This document shows, in pieces, positions 24,735 to 37,427 of a stretch of 64,000 nt of DNA. The number at the start of each line of letters is the position of its first letter. The first letter of the stretch is position 1. The stretch spans positions 43,028,001-43,092,000 of the forward strand of contig NC_043010.1 of NCBI RefSeq assembly GCF_006345805.1. Reading direction: 5' to 3'. A model generated the notes under the pieces. The model was not told where the DNA came from. It searched no databases and worked only from the letters and a program-made list of their open reading frames with translations. This DNA is from Octopus sinensis (Eukaryota). The translations under genes were made by a program, and so were the position numbers.

Positions 24735-24965
24735 TATTTCTTTACTACCCACAAGGGGCTAAACACAAAGGGGACAAACAAGGACAGACAAACGGATTAA
24801 GTCGATAATATCGACCCCAGTGCGTAACTGGTACTTATTTAATCGATCCCAAAAGGATGAAAGGCAAAGTCGACATCGGTGGAATTTGAACTCAGAACGT
24901 AGCGACAGACGAAATACTGCTAAGCATTTTGCCCGGCATGCTAACGTTTCTGCCAGCTCGCCGCC
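24735..24965 (-). mobile_element. Young SINE family B copy with 16-bp TSD
   Basis: Head GGCGGCGAGCTGGCAGAAACGTTAGCATGCCGGGC; TSD TTTGTCCAGGAATATA at 24719-24734 and 24966-24981. Confidence 0.9.
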
Positions 24966-25067
24966 TTTGTCCAGGAATATAGCTAACCATACAGCCATTC
25001 ATTTAACAATTATTTTTCTTAGGTTATGCTATCTCAGCCAATCACAGTCACTCATATTCTTCACTTC

Positions 25068-25324
25068 CAGTGGTTCCCAAACTTTTTCAGGCTGCCAGCC
25101 CCTTGACACCCAGGCCACATTCCTAGTGCCCCCACTCCAACTAACCATCACAAACATAGACTTCTTTCTGAAGCAAATTCAAAGCAACTATTTCATAAAT
25201 AAACTTAACGTAATGAACTCATTATTTTGTTGTTTCTACATGAATTACTACCCCATTATCATCCCACCCCTGAAATGTTCCACTGTCCCCAGAGGGGCAA
25301 TACCACCCACTTTGGGAACCATTG
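25068..25324. mobile_element. hAT-type MITE
   Basis: TIR CAGTGGTTCCCAAA...TTTGGGAACCATTG. Confidence 0.7.
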
Positions 25325-25679
25325 ACTTAAACCATTTTTTAGTTGGTTTCAAGTATTGCAGTGCAAGCTTTTAGCTAATTCTATAAGCCTACAAGAAATA
25401 CTTGCATCCATGTTTCTTTTATATCTCATGTTTACACTGACTATATATTAACACAGTTTCATTAAAGCTTTTTATTTATTTTAAATTGCTATTTGGAAAC
25501 AATAGCATCACTGTTTACAGGTTTACTATTGACTAATCATTGATTCAATGTATTTATAGCAGCAACAGTGACAAGGCATTATCTAATTCAATTGAACAAA
25601 GGTCAGTGCTTTTGTTCAAAAACACTGGTTTTCTCTGTTTTCTTACCAGTGTTTATGTCCTTTGCTAATATTCATTAGC

Positions 25680-25868
25680 ACAACGGGCAAAATGCTTCGT
25701 GTCATTTTGATCATCTTCATGTTCTGATTTCAAATTCCACCAAGGTCAACTTTACCTTTCATCCTTTCATGCTTGAAAAAGTACGTACCAGTTGAACACT
25801 GGGGTTGATGCAATTGACTTACCCACTTTTCTAAACTTGCTGGCCTTGTGCCAAAATTTGCAATCAAT
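25680..25868 (+). mobile_element. SINE family B
   Basis: Collinear with family B copies. Confidence 0.7.
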
Positions 25869-26205
25869 GTTAATTGGTTAACTTCTTAACCACACAGTTA
25901 ATGTAGGCATAGCGTAGAGGTCTACACACATTTGCTTCCCAACTGTTAGGTTCTGGGTTTGATCCTACAGCATAGCAACTTGGATAAGTGCCTTTACCAT
26001 AGCCAGTAGACAAAGAGAACAACTGCCAAGAGTACACAGTAACTCAGGTAACCAAGGAAGGAAATAGTTTGTTTCCCTACTACATAACCCTGAATTCAAT
26101 GTGGCATGTTGGGCAAGAGTCTTCTCTATATAGCCCAGAGCCAACCAAAGGTTTGTGAGTGGATTTGCTAGATGTAAACTGAAAGAAACCTGTTATGTGT
26201 ATATA

Positions 26206-26585
26206 CACTACCGTCAGAAATTAATTAGCACCCTTGATTTGCTCTTCACTCAAGGTATGTGCTGTCACCTAGTGGCCATATCTCGAACTATTGCTTTGTT
26301 GCGAGTTCACTGTTGCGCAGAACGATGACGTAACTTTGTTTGCAGAGCAGTTTGAGAGTCTACAGCCTTATGATGTTGACATAGCAGTGCAACAACAACT
26401 TGGAGTGCGGATGCAGACAAATCTTCCTTTGTTTAATAGATATAGGTAGCGCCTCGCAAGGACCGAAATCACACCATACTAAGTTTTCTCATTGCGTAAG
26501 ACGTTTTGAACAGCTCATAGGTTAATTGATTTAACCTATTTAATGTAGAAATTTGAGAAGTGCTAATTAATTTCTGACGCAAGTG
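26206..26585. mobile_element. Non-autonomous Tc1/mariner derivative (380 bp)
   Basis: 26-bp TIR CACTACCGTCAGAAATTAATTAGCAC / GTGCTAATTAATTTCTGACGCAAGTG, TA on both sides. Confidence 0.8.
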
Positions 26586-29500
26586 TATGTCCATGTGTAT
26601 GCGTATGTGTATGTATATATGTATGTATATGTGTGTGTGTGTGTATGTCTCCTTGCTTTGTTATTGCATGATAGTTGTAAACGAATGTTTCCATCATGCA
26701 GTGTCCTTTATACACAGTTTTTTGGGGAAATATTACCTTACGTGGAAACAGGTAGGGGTTAACAGCAGATAGGGCATCCAGCTGTAGAAAATCTGTCTCA
26801 ACAAAATTCTGTTTGACCTGCGCAAGCATGGAAAAGTAGATAGTAAATTAACCACACATTCATGGAATAACTGTCAGCTATGTTAATTAGAAGCATCATA
26901 AGCACTCAGTTCCCACACTACTAAACAGTTGTATTTATATCCAAGAACCACTGAAAATATGTATCAGAGAAGTTTAAGAATAGCTACAAGTAACTTTGTG
27001 GATGCCCTCAGCATATAGACACTAACAATGCATCTTAATTAATTCTCATTTAATGATTTATTCTCAACACATTAAAATTCTAAGAACAAATTACAGTTAA
27101 GAGTTCCTAATAATGAAATTATTAACCTATAATAATTGGCAACCACACAGCTAGCACCAATGCCACCAGAAGCACCATTGTCATTAATGCAATTTTATGT
27201 TCATTTTGCTTTGTTTGCAGGTATTAACAATTCATATTTCAGCAAATATATCAATAATACATAAGGGAATACTTCATTAAAAAAGAGAAATATCATTTTA
27301 ACAGCCACCATTCCATGCTTCCATGGGTTAAATGGGAATCATTGAGACAGATGTTCTTGTCACCAATCCTCATCTGTTTCAAAGCATTAATATTTTCTTG
27401 TCAATGGACATGTTCTCACAGAAGACTGAGAATAAGTAACACTGCTTGTACAACAATGATTCTCATTGCATGCTGTCAAGACCAGGAGACACAAACACAT
27501 ATACACATACATATGTATACAATAGGTTTCTTTCAGTTTCTGTTTACCAACTCGACTTACAAGGTTCTGGTCAGCCCAGGGATATTATAGAAGACTCCCT
27601 AAACTACGTTTTCACTTGACTGAACAGGTCTTCTTTAGCACAGCATATTACCTGATGATTGAATGGTACTTTTAAATGGACCAGTTATGTGACACAGGCA
27701 TTGGCCATGGTTACAATCTCACTTGGCTTGCAGGGTCTTCTCAAGCACACATATTGTGACAAGATATTTTAATTAGCATTTGTTTTGTAGAAGAAGCTTT
27801 TTTAACATCAAATATTTAGAAACCAGCAATATTAAATCACAACTACAAAATTGATGTTTCTAGTATCAATATTTTCTGTTTGTGAGCTTAAATTCACTCT
27901 TAAGTTCTTTTTCATTAATGATATAATCATTCTTTAATTTTATCTGGTAGAGCAAAGAAAACAGCCAGTGTAAAGATTATTCCTGCAGAATGTAGCAGTT
28001 ATTACATTCTACCAAGCAGTTCTTAGAAAATGGAAAATAAAATAAACAATATAAAGTATGTGCAAAAGCAAGGATCAACAAAAATATTTTTAACCTAAGA
28101 ATTCAACAACTAATTAGAGGTTCAATATCATTTATTATAACAAAACTACACAATATCTCAAATTTATTACATAATGATAGCATATTGGCATCATATAATG
28201 AGGTAGTGCACATAAATCTCACTGCTTCCCATTCAATGAATAGAAAAGTTGTTTTATATAATGGATGAAGTTACAGTGTTTTTGTATTTATTTTACACTG
28301 GATGAGTTGGCTAGATAAACATTTAATATAAGATACCATGTATTGAAACTAGATTTTTTTTTTTCAAATTCTAAACAATATAAACAGAAAGCAAGCAACA
28401 AAAGTTTTATGTGGTTATCTGTCAATAAGAAATAATAGATATAAGCAAATATATGTGTCCCGTTGTGTTGTTTCCAAGTAAATTGTTTTCTTTTCTGTGT
28501 ATTATTACTTAAAATTTGTAATTTAGTACTTACAGGATTTAACTCATTTTTCTCAATTGGATTTGATTTTCACATTCCAATATTTTTATCTTATTTAACT
28601 GATGCAGATTAAAGAATACTGCATAAGAAATGTAATTATATTCTGAATTCTTAAAAAGAAATTAAAACATAAGGAAAGTTATATGAAAGGCCTGGCATTA
28701 GGGTGGTTTAAAAAGCATGGTTCAAACCTTTAAAGCTTTTGTTAATCACAAGCAGAGTGACACATTATTAGAGTAATTAAAAACCAATAATGAGAAAACT
28801 GTCTGGATTAGTTAGAACCACAAACTTTATTTAATAAAAAAAAAATAATAAGTTATTCAAACTTGATAACAATCCCTACTTGAAGAAAAGAAAGGGTTTT
28901 CCATTTTTTTTTCCTTTCTATAGTCTATAAAGTTTCATTTTATTTAATTGCATAAATGAAATGGTATTTTATTTGGGTAAGATTAAGTGGTAAATAAGAA
29001 CTTGTATGTAATTATAATAAATTTGCATGAAATGGAAAACTGGGATTTTACAGAGGGTACTTTTAAAGTATAGAATTGAGAATAACCATAGTGGTAATGC
29101 TTTGGTCAAACACCAGTGTTAATCCAATTTATAATGATTTATTTTGGCATGGTACAAGGACCATGTTTGTAGGGAAAGGGTGTGGTTGATTGAAATAAAC
29201 CCAATATGTTATGGTAGTTGATTTATCAATGCTGAAGATATAAAAAACAAAGACCGCCTCAGCAGGATTTGAATTAAACATATATGTATGCTATTAACAA
29301 GCTTTAACAGAGGATCATAGACTCTTCAAATATTTGTTAAACTGTGGAAATCTGTAGGTATCATTACCAATGCTAGAGCTAGAGTACAAAGAAAATCAGA
29401 GTGTAATTTCTATTGACTAATAGACTGGGAGAAGGTTAAAAGTGATTAATGAAAAAGAGAGAATGAATGAGTGGAAAACAATATTCTGTTGAGATGAATG

Positions 29501-29869
29501 TAAATGAAGTATATATAGTACTGTGAGGAGTGTATACAGGGGTAAAAACTAATATTAAGAGAGAACAGCACAAGAAAGAGAGAGAAAATGAAAGAAAAAG
29601 AAAAATATATAAGAGCGTTGTAGTTTGCTTGAAGCATTGTGATATTGAAGAGTGCGAAAAGTTTGATAAAACCTAGGTTTTTAAAACTTTTCGCATTGTT
29701 AGAAGCTATTTTCTCACTTTCAACATTTTTCTATATAAGTAAAATTTCTACCAATTCAAAACTGGTTGAAAGAGTAGAAAATTGGAAGAATGAGGTGCAA
29801 AATGAAATCTAAAAAGAGAAGATATATATACATACAAACACACATATATATATAAATACTCATACATAC

Positions 29870-29908
<39 letters not shown>

Positions 29909-29920
29909 CGTACATACATA

Positions 29921-31607
29921 TTACGTCATTAAATATGGAATGTCTGGTTTCCTTAACCACTAAGTTTGAGATTTGCTATCTCTGATATTTCACTTTAACG
30001 GTTCTTGGTTTTGTTTTATTGTACAGGTACATCACCACAGTTTCAAATGCAATTTTTCGTTTGATTGTCTGTTTCGGATCAATTTTTGTGAATCCATGGA
30101 CATGTCAAAAATTCATGTTATTTTTGTATACGAGTTCTATTGTGGAATCAGTGCATCGCAGACAGCTTGAAACATCAATGAGGTGTTTGGCGAGGATGTG
30201 GCTAATGAACACACAATGCGTTGATGGTTTGAGAAGTTCTGTTCTGGAGATTTTAATCCTGAAAATAAGCCACATGGGAGAACTGTGACTGAGGTGGATA
30301 ATGATGTACTGAAAACTATAGTAAAAGTGGAGTGCCTGTGTGGTAAGTAGCTTGCTAACCAACCACATGGTTCCAGGTTCAGTCCCACTGCGTGGCATCT
30401 TGGGCAAGTGTCTTCTGCTATAGCCTCAGGCTGACCAAAGCCTTGTGAGTGGATTTGGTAGACAGAAACTGAAAGAAGCCTGTCGTATATATGTATATAT
30501 ATATATATGTATGTGTGTGTATATGTTTGTGTGTCTGTGTTTGTCCCTCTAGCATTGCTTGACAACCGATGCTGGTGTGTTTACATCCCCGTCACTTAGC
30601 GGTTCGGCAAAAGAGACCGATAGAATAAGTACTGGGCTTACAAAGAATAAATCCCGGGGTCGATTTGCTCAACTAAAGGCGGTGCTCCAACATGGCCGCA
30701 GTCAAAATGACTGAAACAAGTAAAAAGAGAGAGAGAGAGAGAGAGAGACATCTCAAACTATGCATGAATTAGCAGCAAGGTTTAACATTACTATTCCAAC
30801 AATATTGAACCATCTAAAGCAAATCAATAAGGTAAAGAAGTTGGATTGATGGTTCCTGCATGAATTAAATGAGCATTAGATGAAAAATTGTCTCAAAACT
30901 TGCTGTTCTTCGCTGTCATGGCATAAAGGCAAACCATTTTTGCATTGTATTGTTACAGGTGATGAAAAATGGATCCTTTTCAACAATCGCAAGTGTTCGG
31001 CATGATGATTGGATAAAGATGAAGTACTGAAACACAGTCCAAACAGAATATTCACCAAGAAAAGCTAATGGTATTGGTTTGGTGGTCCAGTGCATGCATC
31101 ATTCACTACAGCCTTATGAGACCTGGTCAATCAATTACAGTGGATGTATACTGCAACCAACTGAATGAAATGATGAGGGAGCTTGCAGTTAAACAACTGA
31201 GATTGGTCAATAGAGACAGGCCAATCCTCTTACAAGACAACACTAGATGACATGTCACACAAACAACACAACTCAAACAACAGGAGTTGGATTTGGAAAT
31301 TCTCTGTCACCGATTGTATTCACTAGACCTTGCACCAACTGACTATCACATCTTCCAGGAATTGGACCACTTCTTGCAAAGAAAAACATTCAATTCTCAA
31401 GAAGCTGTGAAAACAGCCTTTTCGCCATTTCATCACCTCTCACCTCCAGGCTTCTTCACTGCCAGCATAAAGAAGTTACCATTAAGATGGCAAAACTGTG
31501 TTGATAGTTTAGGTGCATGATTTGATTAATTGCACTGCTTCTTGTTTTGAGATAAAATAAAATAAAATTTCAATTTGAAATCAGACATTTCATTCTTAAT
31601 AACCTAA
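29921..31607 (+). mobile_element. Decayed full-length mariner (DD34D type) with a SINE inserted
   Basis: Imperfect TIRs with TA flanks; transposase remnants WFEKF.SGDF, VTGDEKW, LQDN, YSLDLAPTDY; many stops. Confidence 0.9.
30329..30748 (+). mobile_element. SINE family A with (GA)n tail, nested in the mariner
   Basis: Full family A body; transposase frame resumes after the tail. Confidence 0.9.
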
Positions 31608-31776
31608 TACATACATACATATGCATACACACATGCACATATATATACACATATATATTTATTATGCATTATATATACATAAATACATACATATATACAC
31701 ACACACACACACATCCGTATATATATGCATATATACATACATATTGTCTTTTATATACATAAATACACACCAACAT

Positions 31777-31829
<53 letters not shown>

Positions 31830-31832
<3 letters not shown>

Positions 31833-32775
31833 GGTGTTTAAAAAAATTTGATATCATTTCACAATCTAATAATTTTGCCAGTTCTTGTTCAAATGACTTC
31901 AAATTTTAACAGCACGTGTAGAAACAGATGAATATTTTATGTTTAATGTTTGATATGTTTATCGTTTTAGGTATAGAAATGGCATTCACTGGAAGAGGAA
32001 AGGGTGTTTTGCATGTTGGAGTATGCTTGAACACAGTCAAACAAGACTGCAGCATGCATGAGAGAGTTCTCTAAAAAGTCATCAACAGCAATGCAGATTT
32101 GGACGTGGCACAAAAAATTCAAAGATGAAGGCTGTTTGTGCAAGGCAAAAGGATCTGGATGACCACTAACATTGGAAGAGACAGTCAAGCAGGTTCACCA
32201 ATAATTCTTGCAAAGCCCCAAGAAGTCCATAAGACGAACAGTCTGGAAACCCAGATTCCTCCAATGACAGTTTGGTATGTCCTGAGGAAACACTCGCGAA
32301 TGAAACCCTATAAGCTGCAGTTCATTCAGGTCATAATGGTAGATGACAAGTGAAAGCGCAAACAATTCTGTGTTGATGTGCAAGAGAAACTTGAAGCTGA
32401 GTTCAAGGAATGTTTTGTTTTCTGTGATGAGGCCATATTTCATATGAATGGCAAAGTCAATAAGCATAATGTTTGCATATGGGGTGAAGAAAATCCCCAT
32501 GCCATAGTTGAGCATGAGAGGGACTCACCAAAAGGGAATATGTTCTGCACGATCTCCAAGAAGCATCTTCATGGCCCATTTTTTCTTTGAGGGAAATGTG
32601 ACCAGTGATGTGAAATCATTCATTGAATCTACACACCTTTGAATTTCTCATTCAAACTTGGAGGAATAAATCTTATGTTGCTCAACATTAAGCCTGTTTA
32701 GTTTCATTTGCTTTGACTATATAGTTTCTGTGATATTTACATCTTGAATGATATCAAAGTTTTTGAAACACCCTG
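31830..32775 (+). mobile_element. Internally deleted Tc1/mariner (rosa/maT-like) element
   Basis: TIR CAGGGTGTTT...GATATCATT / AATGATATC...AAACACCCTG; FCDEAIFHMNGKVNKHNVCIWGEENPH...GPFF; the C-terminal catalytic part is missing. Confidence 0.85.
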
Positions 32776-32807
32776 TATATATATGCCTATATATATACAT
32801 ATATAAA

Positions 32808-33023
32808 GTTAAAGAAGTGATTTTTTTTTAATTCTCAAACACAGGACAATGCTAATAATATAGCCTGAACAGGATAAACTACCCCTATTTTGCAGAAAAA
32901 AGTGTTGGTAGCCTGAGCTGGCTGCCAACACTTTTTTCTGCAAAATAGGGGTAGTTTATCCTGTTCAGGCTATATTATTATCCTGCGTTTGAGAATTAAA
33001 AAGAAAAAAATTACTTCTTTAAC
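32808..33023. repeat. 216-bp fold-back element with a perfect 56-bp inner stem
   Basis: 32853-32908 is the exact reverse complement of 32925-32980; outer arms imperfect; (TA)n flanks. Confidence 0.9.
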
Positions 33024-33191
33024 ATTCCAAGACATCTCAACGCTTCTAAAGCAAACGTCATTTATTTGTTTACTTTCATCATAATTTGAATTTAATATAC
33101 ATATATATTATATATACATAAATACACACAGACATAAGTGTGTGTGTGATATATGCATGACTACATGTATATGGATGAATATATATATAGA

Positions 33192-34429
33192 GAGGGTGTT
33201 CAGGCTAAATTGGACAATCTTTTTTTCAGGAATAGCTTGCTGTATTGGTGAACAGTCAATGGTGTTAGAGAGCACAAAAATTAATGTTGTAGATGGAAAC
33301 CAACTGAATATTGGAAAAAAGTTACATGTATCAAAACGTCAACATCATGACTGCTCCTTAATGCTCTGTGAACATTGTAAAGGTTGTAAGACGTGACACG
33401 GAGACGATGCAATGGAAAACTATGAAGCGAGCAGGAAGGGACACTGTAGCTGTTCTGTGTCTGCATGCCAGAATTCATGCAACTACTGCAGGACAAGTTG
33501 AAGGAAGATCTGAGCAACGGAATCTGGGCTTTGGTGAGAGAAATGGGTGTTGGAGTCACCATCATGAAGCTGGTGCTGAATGAGGACCTTTGCTACTACT
33601 AGTATAAAAGGTGAAAGGGACAAATTCTGATAGCTAAGGCCAAGGAGAACCACTTGATGAAGGCAAAAAATGTTCATGAACAAGTTGAAGCATCTTGCTG
33701 AACAGGGAATGATCTGGTCCTTCCCAGATGGGAAAGACTTCTGCCAGGACCAATTGCACAACACCCAGAACAACAGGTGGCTTGCCTGCAATCCATGTGA
33801 TGTCCCATGCATTATGAAAACCAAGTTCTCCCAAACGATGGTGGTCTTTGGGAGTGTCTCCAGTGAGGGTGAAATCATGATGCCTTACATCTTTGAAAAG
33901 AGCCTTAGGCTCAATTCAGATGGCTATATGAAGCTGCAGGAGACTCTGGTCAATCCCCGGTTGGAATGGGTTGCTGCTGGAAGGCAAGATGAGTGGCAGC
34001 AGGATTCAGCCCTTTTCTATCCCTCCAGAAAGAGTCAGAAGTACTTGTTAGAGAATTTCCACAACTTCAACAGCCCCAATTTCTGACCTCCTAATTCTCC
34101 CAATTGTAATCCCATGGATTACATTATTTGTGGGGAGCAGTTGAGAAAGGCACCAACCACTCTGCTTGCAAGATCCAGGATGGGCTAGTGGCAACGTTCA
34201 AGGTGTTTGAAAACATTCCCAGGGACACAATGAGGAACACACATGCCAGATTCTGGAGCCATCTTGAGGCTGTGGTAGAAATTGAGGGTGGCTACTTTGA
34301 ATAAACTGTTATCTCCCAGCCATAATCTAGTTGATATTTTTTGATTTTTTAAAATACTTTATTTTTGAATGGGATTTTATATGTTCTTTTCCTTTTGTGC
34401 AAACTACCAAATTCAGCCTAAACACCCTA
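33192..34429 (+). mobile_element. Decayed DD37D (maT) transposon
   Basis: TIR AGGGTGTTCAGGCTAAATTGG / CCAAATTCAGCCTAAACACCCT; 37 residues between QQD and NPMD. Confidence 0.85.
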
Positions 34430-34465
34430 TATATAATATATACATATAGACACAAGTGTATATAT

Positions 34466-35053
34466 AAGAAAATGAGAATGACAAAGGAATAAATAATTAT
34501 CTTATGAACTTCGTTAGCTTACAGATGTTTCTAATATAAGATGTAGTGGACCCATAGTCGAGTGCCTCAAATATGAAGTACATTTTATTCAGGAAAAACA
34601 ACTACATTCATGCATAAACACAGAAAAGCATTATCAATTAGAAAATGAAATCCAGGCGCCCCACCCATAATTAGAATAAGTTTAATATTAAAGTGTGTAT
34701 AAGGATAGGTATATTTTCATATGTGTATGTATATGAATACATATAATTTTACTGATAGATCAAATTATTGTTTCTCAATATTGGAGTATACCTATCTTTA
34801 TACACACTTTAACATTAATTTTATTCTTATTATGAGAAGAGCTCCTGGATTCCATTCTGTACATACTTATTTTCTCATTGGTAATACTTTTTCTAAGTGT
34901 ATGCATGGGTGAAACTGTTTTTCCCAAATAAATTGTACTTCATATTTGAGGCCTTCGTGTGTTCAGGCACTCAACTATGATGAGTCCACTGCAACTTATA
35001 GCAGTAACAGCTCATACGATAATTCATTATTCCTTAATCATTTTTATTTTCTT
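34466..35053. repeat. Old long inverted-repeat element (~250-bp arms)
   Basis: 34466-34715 vs 34786-35053, roughly 75-80% identical by eye, e.g. GCCTCAAATATGAAGTACA / TGTACTTCATATTTGAGGC. Confidence 0.75.
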
Positions 35054-35545
35054 ATTACCACTCTGTACTCGACTAATGCCTTTTTATTGAGCTCAGTTAT
35101 TAGTATCACAATACTTAAGTGAGATATTATATATATATATATATATACATGTATATTATATACATCTTATATATATATTATATATACAAATTATATATAT
35201 ATATATATATCTTATACATATATTATATATACAAATTATATACTTTATAATTAGGGTTCAGCAAAGATTTGCTTTACCACATACCGAAGTTTAGAAATAG
35301 CAGTTTTTTTCATGCTGAATTCTACTTGGTGAAATTATTGATTACTTCTTAATTAATTAATTTTACCCTTTGTTATTACAAATTATATATATATATATAT
35401 ATCATATATACGTCTTTATATATATATATATATATATATATACATCTTATATATATGTGTGTGTGTGTGTGTATGTGTGTATATATATATAAATATGTAC
35501 ATCTTATATATATATGTGTGTGTGTATGTATATATATATATATAT

Positions 35546-35920
35546 AGGTGCAAGAGTGACTGTGTAGAAAATAGCTTGCTTACCAACCACATGGTCCCAC
35601 TGCGTGGCACCTTGGGCAAGTGTCCTCTACTATAGCCTCAGGCCAACCAAAGCTTGAGAATGGATTTGGTAGACAGAAACTAAAAGAAGCCCATCATGTG
35701 TGTGTGTATGTGTACATGTTTGTGTGTCTGTGTTTGTCGCCCCAACATTGCTTGAGAACCAATGTTGGTGTGTTTATGTCCCTGTAAATTAGCAGTTCAG
35801 CAAAAGAGGCTAATAGAACAAGTACTAAGCTTACAAAGAATAAGTCCTGGGGTCTATTTGTTCAACTAAAGGTGGTGTTCAAGCATGGCCACAGTCAAAT
35901 GACTGAAACAACTATAAGAA
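35546..35920 (+). mobile_element. SINE family A
   Basis: Collinear with other copies. Confidence 0.85.
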
Positions 35921-35947
35921 TAAAAAAAATATAATATAATATATAAA

Positions 35948-36150
35948 AATAATGGACAATGGAGACAAACGAGCAAGATGCTATTTAAGTCTTTTCTATC
36001 ACCACATTACTGACATGTTTAAATACATGCATTAAAATAAATCCAAGAGAAAGAATAATGTGGAACAATACATCTATCAAAACATATGTTGGTAATATGT
36101 TGTAAATGACATAAATAATATTTTGGCTGTTTGTCTCCATTTTCCATTAT
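35948..36150. repeat. Small decayed inverted-repeat element
   Basis: ~27-bp arms AATAATGGACAATGGAGACAAAC / GTTTGTCTCCATTTTCCATTATT. Confidence 0.6.
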
Positions 36151-36316
36151 TCTTATGTTCTGCAAAACACGTTGCAAGTGTGATTACTAAGTCCTAGGAT
36201 GCTTATATGACATCTGGCTACCTTGTAACTGTTCCTCTGGATCTTTCCTATAGATTGAACATTTACTAATATAATAATATAATATAATACATATATATAT
36301 AATATAAATATATATA

Positions 36317-36494
36317 TATACTTTATTTAAAAGCAGCCAAAATTCAACAAAACCTGTTACTCGGAGTTTCACGTTCCCGTTCGTCAGACAGTGTTTTGTT
36401 GAATTTCTGCTGCTTTTAAATAAAGCATACTACTCTATCCCTGGTATTTGAGTACTCTTTTTTTCCACCTTGTTACACATTTATGTGTTTACTC

Positions 36495-36497
<3 letters not shown>
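36317..36497 (-). mobile_element. Hairpin mini-element carrying a hammerhead ribozyme (Penelope-like/retrozyme-like)
   Basis: 37-bp inverted arms (3 mismatches) enclose the ribozyme; unique tail; (TA)n on both sides. Confidence 0.7.
36354..36391 (-). ncRNA. Minimal type I hammerhead ribozyme
   Basis: Minus: CTGT-CTGACGA-acg(ggaa)cgt-GAAA-CTCCGAG-TA|ACAG; complete core, helices I and II, GUA site. Confidence 0.75.
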
Positions 36498-36533
<36 letters not shown>

Positions 36534-36750
36534 CAGTAGCACCATAGTTTTCGAAGAACTCTGATCGCGAATAAATCGAGGTTTATATAAATATATAGAT
36601 AGATATAGATATATATATAAAGTATGATTTATTCGAGATCAGAGGCATTTGTAAACCAAAGTACTACTGTATTAAATGAATATGAGACAGACAGGAGATA
36701 AAGTACATTTTATTCATGATCAGAGTTTTTCGAAAACCAAGTTTCTACTG
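36534..36750. mobile_element. pogo/Tigger-type MITE with a duplicated right TIR
   Basis: TA|CAGTAG... ~44-bp TIRs; a second right-TIR copy at 36628-36671. Confidence 0.65.
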
Positions 36751-36995
36751 TATACATAAATATATATAATATAATATATGTGTGTGTGTGTGTAATATAT
36801 ATGTGTTTTTTTCAATGTTTACAAATAACAAGGAAAAAATAGATAAATAGTTATCAGGGTAGCAAAAATTCACACAGGTACCAAGGATGTAACGGCCTAC
36901 TTATAGAGGTAGAAACTCCAAGTTTAGGTGAAATGTTTTTGCATAATATAGATAAATAAATAAATGGAGTTAACTGCAGGTGTTATTCAAATATT

Positions 36996-37092
36996 TTTAC
37001 TTCCGACATATGTTTCAAAGAAATGATTGGCATTATTCCAGAAGGAATAAAATGGTGTAAAACAATGCAATCTTCTCATCAGGGAAAGAAAG
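36996..37092 (-). ncRNA. Hammerhead ribozyme, left arm
   Basis: TTTCC-CTGATGA-GAAGA...TCTTT-GAAA-CATAT-GTC|GGAAG; palindromic ACATATGT helix III. Confidence 0.65.
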
Positions 37093-37327
37093 AAACCAAA
37101 CATATAAATAAGAAATTAGCACAAAACTAATAGTGGGGAGATATATCTCTCTATATCTCTCCACTATTAGTTTTCTGCTCATCTCTTTCTTTCACCTCTT
37201 GCTCTTTCTATAAACTACCTTTGACGTTATATCGATGAACAGTTTTTTTAAAAAAAACTTATAAGCGTTCCCTTCATCATATACGCAGTCATCACATTCT
37301 GTTAAAATGTCTTATTAGTGTGTTTGG

Positions 37328-37427
37328 TTTATTTCTTTCCCTGATGAGAAGACTGCTTTGTTTTACACCATTTTATTACTTCTGCAATAAAACCAATGTT
37401 TTCTTTGAAACATATGTCGGTAATAAA
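37328..37427 (+). ncRNA. Hammerhead ribozyme, right arm
   Basis: CTGATGA at 37341-37347, GAAA at 37407-37410, GTC site ending at 37418; helix I has mismatches. Confidence 0.6.

Noticed and set aside
24900-24965. tRNA genes at SINE heads
   Set aside because: A/B-box-like heads run directly into SINE bodies; no complete cloverleaf
28534-28618. 85-nt segment with good minus acceptor and donor
   Set aside because: Stops in all frames and no link to a transcript; at most a UTR exon
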